Positions 18,692 to 27,210 of a DNA stretch of 64,000 nucleotides are shown here, in pieces (positions within the stretch are counted from its first letter, which is position 1; the number at the start of each line of letters is the position of its first letter). The DNA lies in the NCBI GenBank assembly GCA_039028615.1, contig JBCCHT010000006.1, forward strand, positions 224,001 to 288,000, read 5' to 3'. The position numbers and the translations under genes are program-made. The notes below the pieces were generated by a model. It saw only the letters and a list, made by a program, of their open reading frames with translations. It was not told the DNA's origin and did no database searches. This stretch comes from Myxococcota bacterium. Its GTDB lineage: Bacteria > Myxococcota_A > Polyangia > Nannocystales > Nannocystaceae.

Positions 18692-21600
18692 CTAGAGCGC
18701 TTCCGCGAACGCTCGCGCGAACTCCATCGGGTAGGGTCGATCGGCGGGGTTCATGGCCGTCGCCGCGCGCAGCAGCTTGGCGACCTCGGTCGGGTAGACC
18801 CGCAGCGGGCTGTCGTCCTCGAAGGGGTCGCGCTGCATGTGGGCGAGGATGCGATCGCGGTAGTTCTCGACGTCCTCGAAGAACGAGCGCCCGGTGGTGA
18901 CGTTGAAGATGGTCCCCGCCAGCGCGTAGACGTCGGCGCGCGGGTCGAGCTCGACGGGATCGAGCACCTGCTCGGGAGCGATATAGCCCACGGTGCCCGC
19001 CACGAAGCGGCCGCCGACATCGGGCGCGACCTTGGCCGCCCGCACCATGCCGAAGTCGATGACCACCGTGGACAGCGGCGCGGCCACGGCTGGGTCGCGG
19101 TGCTTGGCCGGGTCGAAGCGCTCACCGCCTTGCAGCGGCAGCCGCAGCCACAGGTTGGCCGGCTTGATGTCGCGATGGATGAGCCCCGCGGTGTGCAGCG
19201 CCGACAGCCCCGCGCAGGTGTCGAGCACCACCTTGCGCAGCTCGAATAGCGACATCTTGCGCGCCGCCGCGTACTGCTTGAGGTCGGCCCCGATGAGGTA
19301 CTCGAGCACGAGATAGGGGGAGCCGTTGGAGACCCCGCGATCGATGATGTTGGCGACGTTGGGGTGATAAAGGCCCGCCAGCGCGGCCGCCTCTTCCACG
19401 AACGAAGCCAAGATGCCCTCGCGTTCGAAGTCCGAGGCGGCCTCGAGCGCCTCGACCTTGGGGATCTTGAGCACGAAGAGCCGATCGGCGCCGGGCTTGC
19501 GGACGAGCCACACCGTGCCCACGCCGCCTTCGCCGAGCGACTTGACCAGCTCGTACCCCTCGATGACGGTGATCTCTTTTTTCGCCTTGGGCGGGGGCGG
19601 AGGCGTACGCGAGATGGCGCCGCGAATCGCCGCATCGACCAGGGCCGAGACCACCGGGCCGAGCGAGGCCAGCCACACCTCGACGATGGAGGGATCGCGG
19701 GCGGAGATGGCCCGCGCCACCAAGCTGGCGACACGCGGCGCGTTGGGGGCCGCGTCGCGGGTCAACGAGTCCGGCATCTCGCCGCCGGGCTCGGCCGTGT
19801 GCAGCGCCTTGACGGGGTCGGCCAGGGCACGGACCAGGCGATCGGAGGCGAGCACCAGCTCGACGCACAGCCCCTCGAGGCCCGCGCTTCGCCCCACCGC
19901 CCCGGAGAAGCCTCCGATGGCGCGCGACAGGCCCACCAAGGCCTGCGCGAGCTCGGTCTCGGCGGCGTGCAACGAGTGCAACGCGGCCTCGGCTTGCAGG
20001 ATCCAGTCGGGATTGGCCGCCCCCGCCGACACGGCCGTGCGCAGCACCTCGGCCCGATCGCAGCACGAGGCCAGCGCATCGTCGTCGACCATGGGCAGCG
20101 CGTTGGCCAGTCGCCGCAGCACGGCGGGGCGATCGACGACCAGCGCCCACCAAGCGGCAAAGGGCCCCAGCCACTCTTCGTCGTCGTCATCGATGCCGCG
20201 GGTCGTGCCGCGGGTGGTGTCGACCAGCCGCCAGAACACGTCGCTGAGCGCTCGCTCGAGCACGGGCGGGAAGGTCCGCGAGCCATCGGACAGCCCCTCG
20301 AGCTTACGGAGCCACCGACAGGTGTGGTGCGCCGTCTTGCCGTCGGTGCGATGGTCGGTGGTGCAGGGGTTGGACCCCGCGTCGAGGGCATAGCCGCCGA
20401 GGGTCAGCGCCAGTACTTCGAGCGGAACGTCGACGTGCAGCTCGGCTCCGTCGTCGCGCCGACGCTGCCGTACGACCTCGAGGATCTCGGCCGGCATCTG
20501 CAAGATGGCCGTGCGGGCGTCCTCGGGCTGCTGCACCTCGACCGCCTCGCCGCGGGGGTTGGTGGCCAACAGCGGCGCCCACAGCCCGAGCGCGAAGGCC
20601 CGCGTACAGGCGACCAACGAGTTCATGGCGGCGGCGCGATGCCGCGGCCGGTCGGTGCTCATCGAGATGCGATGGGTCTCGACGATCGCGGGGCCGAGCG
20701 CGGCGGCGAAACGAGCCGCCCGGGCGTCCGCCTCCTCGTCGTCGTACTGCGCCGCGATGCGCACCAGGTTGTCCATGCCGCGCTCGAGATCCAGCGGGTC
20801 GCGCTCGGCTCCGTCGAGCACGTCGGTGATCGCGATGACCTCGATCCAGCCTCGCAGGTCCTCGGGGCTCGACGAGGGCGGGAAGCGAGCGATGTCGCGA
20901 AGCGCCCGCAGCGGGCTCGCCACGGGGTCGTTGGTGTTGCCGCCCCGCCACAGCGCCGCCAGACCGCGGGCCAACGAAGCCGCCGCCAGCGGGCCGCCGT
21001 CGCCGTCGAGGATGCGCGTGCACAGCCGCGTCCAGATGTCGTTGCGCTCGTGGAACAGATACGGCGTGGCCGCGGCCGCGGCCGCCAGGACCCAGGGATC
21101 TTCGTCGGGCGACGACACGATGGCGCGCAGCTGCCCCGCCATGAACCCCAGGCGCTCGGCGGGCACCGAGGCCAGCGCGGTGATGGCCCGCTGCCGCAGC
21201 ACCTTGGTCTCGCCGTTGACCCAGTCGAGCAGCATGCCTTGGAGCTGCTCCATCGGCCCGAGCAAGCGCCCGAGCGCCCGAGCGGCGTGCACCCAGACCA
21301 TCGGCTCGGGATGCAGCAACAGGGGCTGGAGGGCGGCGAGCGTGGGCGCGAGCGGATCGCTCGGGCCCGACGTGGGCATGCCGCTCACGCTGATCTCCAG
21401 CCCGCGCGCCGCGAGCACGCGTCCCCGCAGCGAGCCGAAGGCCGGGCGCGAGATCATCGTGTCGAAGGTCGACGGCGAGCCCCACATCCACGGGCCGAGC
21501 TCCGGCACATGCAGCGCGGTGGCCCCGGCCTCCCACACCAGGATCTCGAGCCGGGCACGAACTTGGGCGTGCTCGTCCCGGTCGATCTGCGCTCCGTCGC

Positions 21601-22006
21601 CGAAGAGCGGAGCGCACCGCAGCGCATCGAGCAACGGCCCGGCCACCACGCGATCGCCTGCCGCCGCGGCGACCCGCGGCGCCAGCTCGGGGTGCTCGGC
21701 CGCCCGCTCGAGCAAGGGCGCGATGCGAGGCTGAGCCCGCCATGCGCTCGCCGAGCACCACGCCAAGATCGTCGACCCGCCCGGCCCGGCCAAAAGCGGC
21801 AGTAGGCCCGCAATGCCATCGTCGGTCTGACTCCGCTCGGGGATCTGTTGCGACAACACCGTCGCCGCCTTGGCCAGGTCACCGCTCAGCGCTCCCGGGC
21901 GCGGCGATGCGGTACGCCACCACGCGCGCACCTCCTCTTCGAGCTGGGGCGAACGAGTGACCGCCTCGGTCAGGGTTTCTACGGCCGTTTCGAGCTCGCC
22001 CACCAT
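18692..22006 (-). CDS. Large cytoplasmic protein: about 810-aa alpha-helical (HEAT/ARM-like) region plus C-terminal Ser/Thr kinase
   Basis: GEGGVGTVW, LKIP, HRDIKPAN, DFG, GTVGYIAPEQ at the C-terminus; N-terminal HEAT-like segments (LLLHPEPMVWVHAARALGRL; VLRQRAITALA). Confidence 0.88.
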   Translation of the reverse strand: MVGELETAVETLTEAVTRSPQLEEEVRAWWRTASPRPGALSGDLAKAATVLSQQIPERSQTDDGIAGLLPLLAGPGGSTILAWCSASAWRAQPRIAPLLERAAEHPELAPRVAAAAGDRVVAGPLLDALRCAPLFGDGAQIDRDEHAQVRARLEILVWEAGATALHVPELGPWMWGSPSTFDTMISRPAFGSLRGRVLAARGLEISVSGMPTSGPSDPLAPTLAALQPLLLHPEPMVWVHAARALGRLLGPMEQLQGMLLDWVNGETKVLRQRAITALASVPAERLGFMAGQLRAIVSSPDEDPWVLAAAAAATPYLFHERNDIWTRLCTRILDGDGGPLAAASLARGLAALWRGGNTNDPVASPLRALRDIARFPPSSSPEDLRGWIEVIAITDVLDGAERDPLDLERGMDNLVRIAAQYDDEEADARAARFAAALGPAIVETHRISMSTDRPRHRAAAMNSLVACTRAFALGLWAPLLATNPRGEAVEVQQPEDARTAILQMPAEILEVVRQRRRDDGAELHVDVPLEVLALTLGGYALDAGSNPCTTDHRTDGKTAHHTCRWLRKLEGLSDGSRTFPPVLERALSDVFWRLVDTTRGTTRGIDDDDEEWLGPFAAWWALVVDRPAVLRRLANALPMVDDDALASCCDRAEVLRTAVSAGAANPDWILQAEAALHSLHAAETELAQALVGLSRAIGGFSGAVGRSAGLEGLCVELVLASDRLVRALADPVKALHTAEPGGEMPDSLTRDAAPNAPRVASLVARAISARDPSIVEVWLASLGPVVSALVDAAIRGAISRTPPPPPKAKKEITVIEGYELVKSLGEGGVGTVWLVRKPGADRLFVLKIPKVEALEAASDFEREGILASFVEEAAALAGLYHPNVANIIDRGVSNGSPYLVLEYLIGADLKQYAAARKMSLFELRKVVLDTCAGLSALHTAGLIHRDIKPANLWLRLPLQGGERFDPAKHRDPAVAAPLSTVVIDFGMVRAAKVAPDVGGRFVAGTVGYIAPEQVLDPVELDPRADVYALAGTIFNVTTGRSFFEDVENYRDRILAHMQRDPFEDDSPLRVYPTEVAKLLRAATAMNPADRPYPMEFARAFAEAL

Positions 22007-22042
22007 GCGTTGGGCGTAGCGTACCCCGAACCGGCGGCCGAA

Positions 22043-24640
22043 TCAGCCGACGATGGCCCGCAACCGGAGTAAGGGCTCGTCGACCGCATCGGGCTCGCGC
22101 AGGTCGACCTCCGCCTGCACGCGCCACGGCGAGGGCCCTTGGGGGCCCACCAGCGTGTGCTCGACCGACCACCGTCGCTCGCCCGCCGACTCGATCTTGG
22201 TCAGCGCAGGGGCCCGGGCCTCGGCCCCGAAATGCAGCGTTCCTTCTTCCTCGAACACCGGTTCCAGCGCTTTTTCGAGGCGCTCCACCGTCCACGCGTC
22301 GTCGGGATCGACGGCCAGACCGACCAGCGCTTCTTCGTGGTCGCCCATCGCCATCGCCTTGGCCACCGCGTGCAGCTCGGCGCGAACGCGGGCCGTCAAC
22401 GCCTTTTTGTCCTTGGCCAGGTCGTAGGGCTCGGGCTCGGCCTCTTCTTCCACCTCGGCGTCCGACTCGCCGGGCTCCGGGCCGCCCTTCAAGATCCGCT
22501 CCCACTCGCTGACCAGGCTCGAGTCCACCCGCGCGAGCATGGCCCGCAAGAACGCGATCACGTCCTCGACCTCTTGGTTGTGATAACTGACGGGGACGTT
22601 CTGCAGCAGGGTCTTGTAGGTCTGGCTCAGGTAGCGCAGCAGCACGCCTTCGATACGGCCGAGCCCGTACTCCTTGACGTACTCGTTGAAGCTGGCGAAG
22701 CGCTCCTGCATGTCGCGGGCGACCGACTTGGGGGCGACGTTCTCGCCCCGTACCCACGGGTGCCCGGTCCGAAACTCGTCGAAGGTCCGATAGATGAGGT
22801 CGGCCAGCGGCTTGGGGTAGTCCGCCTTCTCGAGCTCGGTCATGCGGTCTTCGTACTCGACGCCTTCTTGCTTGAGGCGCGCCACGAGCTCGCCCTTGAC
22901 GTAGTCGAGCTGGCGCATGAGCACCGCCCGCGGGTTCTCGAGGATCGACTCGACCAGGCTGAGCACGTCGAGCCCGAAGCCCTCCGACTCGGCGTCGAGC
23001 TGCGCCAGCGCCTCGAGCAGGTACAGCGACAGCGTGTGGTGGAGCGAGAAGTCGCGCTGCAGGCCCGGGCTCACCCGCACGCAGCGTCGCGGCCAGCCCT
23101 CGGGGCGCTCGACCTCGATGATCTCGGCCTCCCGCAGGTGTCGAAACAGCATCGCCGCCTGTCGACGATGCCGCTTGCGGGCCCCCGAGCGCTCGTAGGA
23201 CCGCCCGATGATCTCGATGATCGTCTTGTACCCGCCGTGGGGCTGATCGACGTTGAACTCGCGATCGAGCACCGTCATCAGCATGCCGTGCGTGACCGAG
23301 AACCGGGACTCGAGCGCCTCCGGGTCGGACTCGATCAGCTTTTGGAAGGTGTGCTCGTCCCAGGGCACGTAGCCGCGCTCGGGCGGCTTCTTTCGCACGA
23401 AGCGCTTCTTGTTGCCCTTGCCCGCCGCCGCCTTGGCCTCGAGCTTCTTGTTCTCGATGACGTGCTCGGGCGCCTGAGCCAGCACCCAGCCGTGATCGTC
23501 GAAGCCCTTGCGACCGGCTCGACCCGCGATCTGCTTGAAGTCCCGCACCGCCAAGATGCGCACCTTCTCGCCGTCGAACTTGCACAGCTTGGTGAACAGC
23601 ACGGAGCGAATGGGCACGTTGACGCCCACGCCGAGCGTGTCGGTGCCCGAGATGATCTTGAGCAATCCCTGCTGCGACAGGCGCTCGACCAAGGTGCGGT
23701 ACTTGGGCAGCAGGCCCGCGTGGTGCAGGCCGATCCCGTGGTGGAGGAAGCGCTTGATGTCCTTGCCGTAGTGGGTATCGAAGCGAAAGTTGCCGATCAC
23801 CTTGGCGATCGCCCGCTTCTCTTCCTTGGTGCACAGGTTCACGCTGGTGAGGTTCTGCGCCTGCTCGGCCGCCTCGCGCTGGGTGAAGTTCACCACGTAC
23901 ACGGGGGCTCGACCGGCTGCGGCCAAGTCCCCGATGGTCTCGTGGAGCGGCGTCTCGCGGTACTCGAACTCGAGCGGCACCGGGCGCTGGCGCGAGCGCA
24001 CCACCGTGACCGGCTTGCCCGTGAACGCCTCGATCTGCCGTTCGAACTCCCCGACGTTGCCCAGCGTCGCCGACATCAACAAGAAGGTCGCGTGAGGCAT
24101 GGTCAATAGCGGCAGCTGCCACGCCATGCCCCGATCTGCGTCGCTGTAGTAGTGGAACTCATCCATCACCACGATGTCGGTCGAGGTGTACGCCCCGTCG
24201 CGGAGGGCCTGGTTCGCCAAAATCTCGGCGGTGCAGCACTGCACGGGCGCGCGCGGGTTGATCGACGCGTCACCCGTCATCATTCCGACGTTTTGCGCCC
24301 CGAGCTGTCGGCACAAGTCGAAGAACTTCTCGCTCACCAGCGCCTTGATGGGGCTGGTGTAGGCGCTGCGCTTGCCTTGGCACAGCGCCTTGAAGTGCAG
24401 CGCCAGGGCGACCATCGACTTGCCCGACCCGGTCGGAGTGGCGAGCACCAAGTGCTGCCCGCCCATGAGCTCCAAGATCGCCTCTTCCTGGGCGTCATAA
24501 AGGTCGATCCCCCGCTGGCCTACCCACTCGAGGAAGCGCTCGAGGATTTCGTCTCCGTCGAGCGTGCCTTCGGTCGGGAGGTACTGCTCGAGGGTGGCTG
24601 CGTCAGCGGAGGGCGGCACAGGGGGCTGAGCGTATCTCAC
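22043..24640 (-). CDS. Ski2-like SF2 (DEAD/DEAH-box) helicase, DUF3516-type
   Basis: [51 protein letters not shown]. Confidence 0.95.
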   Translation of the reverse strand: MRYAQPPVPPSADAATLEQYLPTEGTLDGDEILERFLEWVGQRGIDLYDAQEEAILELMGGQHLVLATPTGSGKSMVALALHFKALCQGKRSAYTSPIKALVSEKFFDLCRQLGAQNVGMMTGDASINPRAPVQCCTAEILANQALRDGAYTSTDIVVMDEFHYYSDADRGMAWQLPLLTMPHATFLLMSATLGNVGEFERQIEAFTGKPVTVVRSRQRPVPLEFEYRETPLHETIGDLAAAGRAPVYVVNFTQREAAEQAQNLTSVNLCTKEEKRAIAKVIGNFRFDTHYGKDIKRFLHHGIGLHHAGLLPKYRTLVERLSQQGLLKIISGTDTLGVGVNVPIRSVLFTKLCKFDGEKVRILAVRDFKQIAGRAGRKGFDDHGWVLAQAPEHVIENKKLEAKAAAGKGNKKRFVRKKPPERGYVPWDEHTFQKLIESDPEALESRFSVTHGMLMTVLDREFNVDQPHGGYKTIIEIIGRSYERSGARKRHRRQAAMLFRHLREAEIIEVERPEGWPRRCVRVSPGLQRDFSLHHTLSLYLLEALAQLDAESEGFGLDVLSLVESILENPRAVLMRQLDYVKGELVARLKQEGVEYEDRMTELEKADYPKPLADLIYRTFDEFRTGHPWVRGENVAPKSVARDMQERFASFNEYVKEYGLGRIEGVLLRYLSQTYKTLLQNVPVSYHNQEVEDVIAFLRAMLARVDSSLVSEWERILKGGPEPGESDAEVEEEAEPEPYDLAKDKKALTARVRAELHAVAKAMAMGDHEEALVGLAVDPDDAWTVERLEKALEPVFEEEGTLHFGAEARAPALTKIESAGERRWSVEHTLVGPQGPSPWRVQAEVDLREPDAVDEPLLRLRAIVG

Positions 24641-24691
24641 AACCCCGCGACGTCGTCATCCGCGAGCCCCCCCGGACTCGCGGAAGCACCA

Positions 24692-24706
24692 CGGAATTGA
24701 CGTTGC
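24692..24706 (+). promoter_or_regulatory. Candidate sigma54 -24/-12 promoter for the stem-loop array
   Basis: CGGAATTGACGTTGC = GG(24693-4)-N10-GC(24705-6) with TTGC. Predicted +1 at about 24718, two bases before the first stem. The -24 half deviates from TGGCAC. Confidence 0.5.
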
Positions 24707-24717
24707 CTTCGAAAAGG

Positions 24718-24964
24718 GACTGGGCCCGTCTCGGGGGAGAGACGAGCCCAGGTGGGGATTGAGCCTCGCGTCGGGGGAGATACGAGGTCTCTTCGGGGAT
24801 GGCCTCCGAACTCGGGGGAGAGGGAGGAGGCCGGGGTCGAACTCGGGAACCGGGGAGAACCCGAGTCGGACGAAGTGGGGAAGACTTGGGGTCGGGCGGC
24901 TCACGCGCCCCGGAGGGGAACCGGGGGCGGGGGAAGTAGGGGAAGGCGGAGCCTGCCCGACCCC
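24718..24964 (+). ncRNA. Putative multi-hairpin small RNA with ten GGGGA motifs (strand not certain)
   Basis: Stems at 24720-24751, 24761-24791, 24801-24832, 24841-24866, 24873-24887 and 24888-24964; GGGG(G)A in loops and linkers; no convincing ORF. Confidence 0.65.
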
Positions 24965-24970
24965 GGCGGA

Positions 24971-25849
24971 CTACTCGAGGTCGTACTGCTTGAGCTTGCG
25001 GTACAGAGTGGTCTTGCCGATGTGCAGCAGTCGAGCGGCCTTGCGCTTGTTGCCGCGGGCGTAGCTCAGCGCGCGACGGATGGCTTGCTTCTCGGCCTCT
25101 TCGAGGCAGAGCTGACGCTCGGGCGACTCGGCGCGAGTCTGGTGCACGTCGCGAACGCGAAGCTTGGCCGGAAGGTCGCGAAGCTCGATCTGCTCCGACG
25201 CACCGGCTGCGATGGCGTGGACCATGACCTCTTCGAGCTCGTCGACGTTGCCGGGCCAGGGGTAGCTGCGCAGGCAGTCGAGGGCGTTGTCGGCGATGCC
25301 ACCGATGGGGCGTCGGGTGGGCGTGCGCCGGATGATGTCCATGGCCAGCAGCTCGAGGTCTTCGATGCGCTCGGCCAAGGTCGGCACGTCGATGCGAACT
25401 CCGCTGGCCCAGCGAACGATCTGCGGGTGAAGGCGGTTGCGGCCTTCCTCGCTCTCGGGGCGAAGCTGAGTGCCGATGACGATGCGGCCGAGGCCGGTCA
25501 GCGCGGGAAGGCGAGCTTGCTCTTCGAGGGGGAGGTCTTCGAGATCGCCGAGGTAGGTGAACCCACCGAGACCAACGAGGCGCGACTGCTGGTCGCAGGC
25601 GCGGATGACCTCGAGCGCGGGGGACTCACCTCCACTAAAGTGGTGAAGGACCCGGGCGATGGTCTCTCGACCGGTGCCCGTGGCTCCGACCAACAAAACA
25701 GGGAGGTTGCTCCGAACGGCGCGATGCACCAACGCCTGCACACGGCGAGACGCAGGCGCGTGGCCTACGAACACCGGAGGCGGAGTACGAATCCGCGCCT
25801 CGGCAATGTTGTCGGAGAACGATGGGGAGAAATGATCGGCGATTTGCAT
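24971..25849 (-). CDS. Degenerate sigma54-activator-like (AAA+/Fis-HTH) regulator lacking a sensory domain and GAFTGA
   Basis: PVLLVGATGTGRETIAR.LH, P.LAERIED, YPWPGNVDEL, GNKRKAARLL.IGKTTLYRKL; no GAFTGA; altered Walker A and B. Confidence 0.88.
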   Translation of the reverse strand: MQIADHFSPSFSDNIAEARIRTPPPVFVGHAPASRRVQALVHRAVRSNLPVLLVGATGTGRETIARVLHHFSGGESPALEVIRACDQQSRLVGLGGFTYLGDLEDLPLEEQARLPALTGLGRIVIGTQLRPESEEGRNRLHPQIVRWASGVRIDVPTLAERIEDLELLAMDIIRRTPTRRPIGGIADNALDCLRSYPWPGNVDELEEVMVHAIAAGASEQIELRDLPAKLRVRDVHQTRAESPERQLCLEEAEKQAIRRALSYARGNKRKAARLLHIGKTTLYRKLKQYDLE

Positions 25850-25887
25850 CGGGGGCTTCCGCTCTCGCGAGGGGTTTCCTGCAACCG

Positions 25888-25990
25888 GCATGCGAGATGC
25901 CACTAGGAACGCCGAAGATCCGTATTTTCAACGATTTGCCGGCGATGCGCGACTTTGTCTAGTGTCAAAGTAGTGTTTACCCTTAGTAAA
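25888..25990 (-). promoter_or_regulatory. Sigma54-type promoter with IHF-like site and two upstream palindromes
   Basis: Minus strand TGGCATCTCGCATGC (25902-25888) = GG-N10-GC; TTTCAACGATTTG (25926-25938) resembles WATCAANNNNTTR; palindromes ACTTTG-N8-CAAAGT (25952-25971) and TTTAC-N5-GTAAA (25976-25990) in an AT-rich patch. Confidence 0.55.
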
Positions 25991-26214
25991 ACCGTCATGA
26001 TGATGGCGGCTTGGGCCACCAACGACCACCCAAGGCCCAATGTCGGACAAAAAATCGTCAGGGGTTTGGCACCCGAGTTCCCGTTCGAGCCACGGGACTC
26101 TGACGGTCCGCTTTCGGATCGAGATCGTCCCGCATTGAGATCCCGACCACGCGGCTGGCGCCGGCACGGATCGATCGCTTGCGCCAGGAGCAGGGACCCG
26201 GCAAAAGGTGCGTC

Positions 26215-27063
26215 ATGTCGAAGGCCGACGAAGCCGAGCTGAGCACTTTGCGCACCCGCGTCAATGCCGCGTGGGAAGACCGAGCCTTGCTCGAGGACGA
26301 CGATCACCGAGCCGCTGTGCGACGGACGATCGCCCTGCTCGACGCCGGCTCGATCCGGGTCGCGTCCCCTCCCGCCGAAGACGGTGGCGACTGGGCGGTG
26401 CACATCTGGATCAAGCAGGCGATCGTTCTCTACTTCATTACTCAGAAGCTGCGGACCGATAACGTCGGCCCCTTCGAGTACTACGACAAGATCCCGCTGG
26501 GACGAGACTGGGCGCAAGCCGGCGTCCGCGTGGTGCCTCCCGCGACGGCGCGGTATGGCGCGTTCATCGAGTCGGGCTGCGTGCTCATGCCCAGCTACGT
26601 CAACGTCGGTGCCTATATTGGTACGGGCACGATGGTCGACACCTGGGCCACGGTGGGCAGCTGCGCCCAGATCGGTCGCAACGTGCACCTGTCGGGCGGC
26701 GTGGGCATCGGTGGTGTGCTCGAGCCCCCCGGAGCCACCCCGGTCATCATCGAGGACGGCTGTTTCGTGGGCTCCCGCGCCATCGTGGTCGAGGGCGTCC
26801 GCCTCGAGCGTGAGGTGGTCCTCGGCGCCAACGTCGTCATCACCGCGTCCACGCCCATCATCGACGTCACTGGCGAGGAGCCGGTGACGTACAAGGGCCG
26901 AGTGCCCGCGCGAAGCGTGGTCATCCCGGGCACCCGACCCAAGAAGTTCCCCGCGGGGGAGTACCAGGTTGCCTGCGCCCTCATCATCGGACGACGCAAA
27001 GAGAGCACCGATCAGCGCACCAGCCTCAACGATGCGCTGCGGACCTTCGACGTCCAGGTGTAG
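26215..27063 (+). CDS. dapD: 2,3,4,5-tetrahydropyridine-2,6-dicarboxylate N-succinyltransferase
   Basis: YYDKIPL, RVVPPA.ARYGAFI, LMPSYVNVGAY, VDTWATVGSCAQIG.NVHLSGGVGIGGVLEP. Confidence 0.97.
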   Translation: MSKADEAELSTLRTRVNAAWEDRALLEDDDHRAAVRRTIALLDAGSIRVASPPAEDGGDWAVHIWIKQAIVLYFITQKLRTDNVGPFEYYDKIPLGRDWAQAGVRVVPPATARYGAFIESGCVLMPSYVNVGAYIGTGTMVDTWATVGSCAQIGRNVHLSGGVGIGGVLEPPGATPVIIEDGCFVGSRAIVVEGVRLEREVVLGANVVITASTPIIDVTGEEPVTYKGRVPARSVVIPGTRPKKFPAGEYQVACALIIGRRKESTDQRTSLNDALRTFDVQV

Positions 27064-27210
27064 CGACCGGGGCAAAACGCTCGCAGGGCGGGCGGACGGG
27101 GGCCGCATCACGCAACGACACGGGCTGCGGTGCGTCCCCTCTGCTACGATGAACTCACCGTCGATGACTCGCGTTCATCAGCCGTCCGCATCGCCTCGGG
27201 GGACTCGCTC

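Noticed and set aside
24720..24964. CRISPR array or simple tandem repeat interpretation of the 40-nt periodicity
   Set aside because: The constant part is only 6-10 nt, the variable parts are self-complementary stems rather than spacers, and there are no cas genes.
24656..25064. ORFs 24656-24904(-), 24752-25906(+) and 24759-25064(+)
   Set aside because: Low-complexity Pro/Gly/Arg translations of the G-rich array or antisense shadows of the regulator.
25963..25968. Perfect TTGACA -35 on the minus strand
   Set aside because: No plausible -10 at 16-18 nt; the hexamer is part of a palindrome arm.
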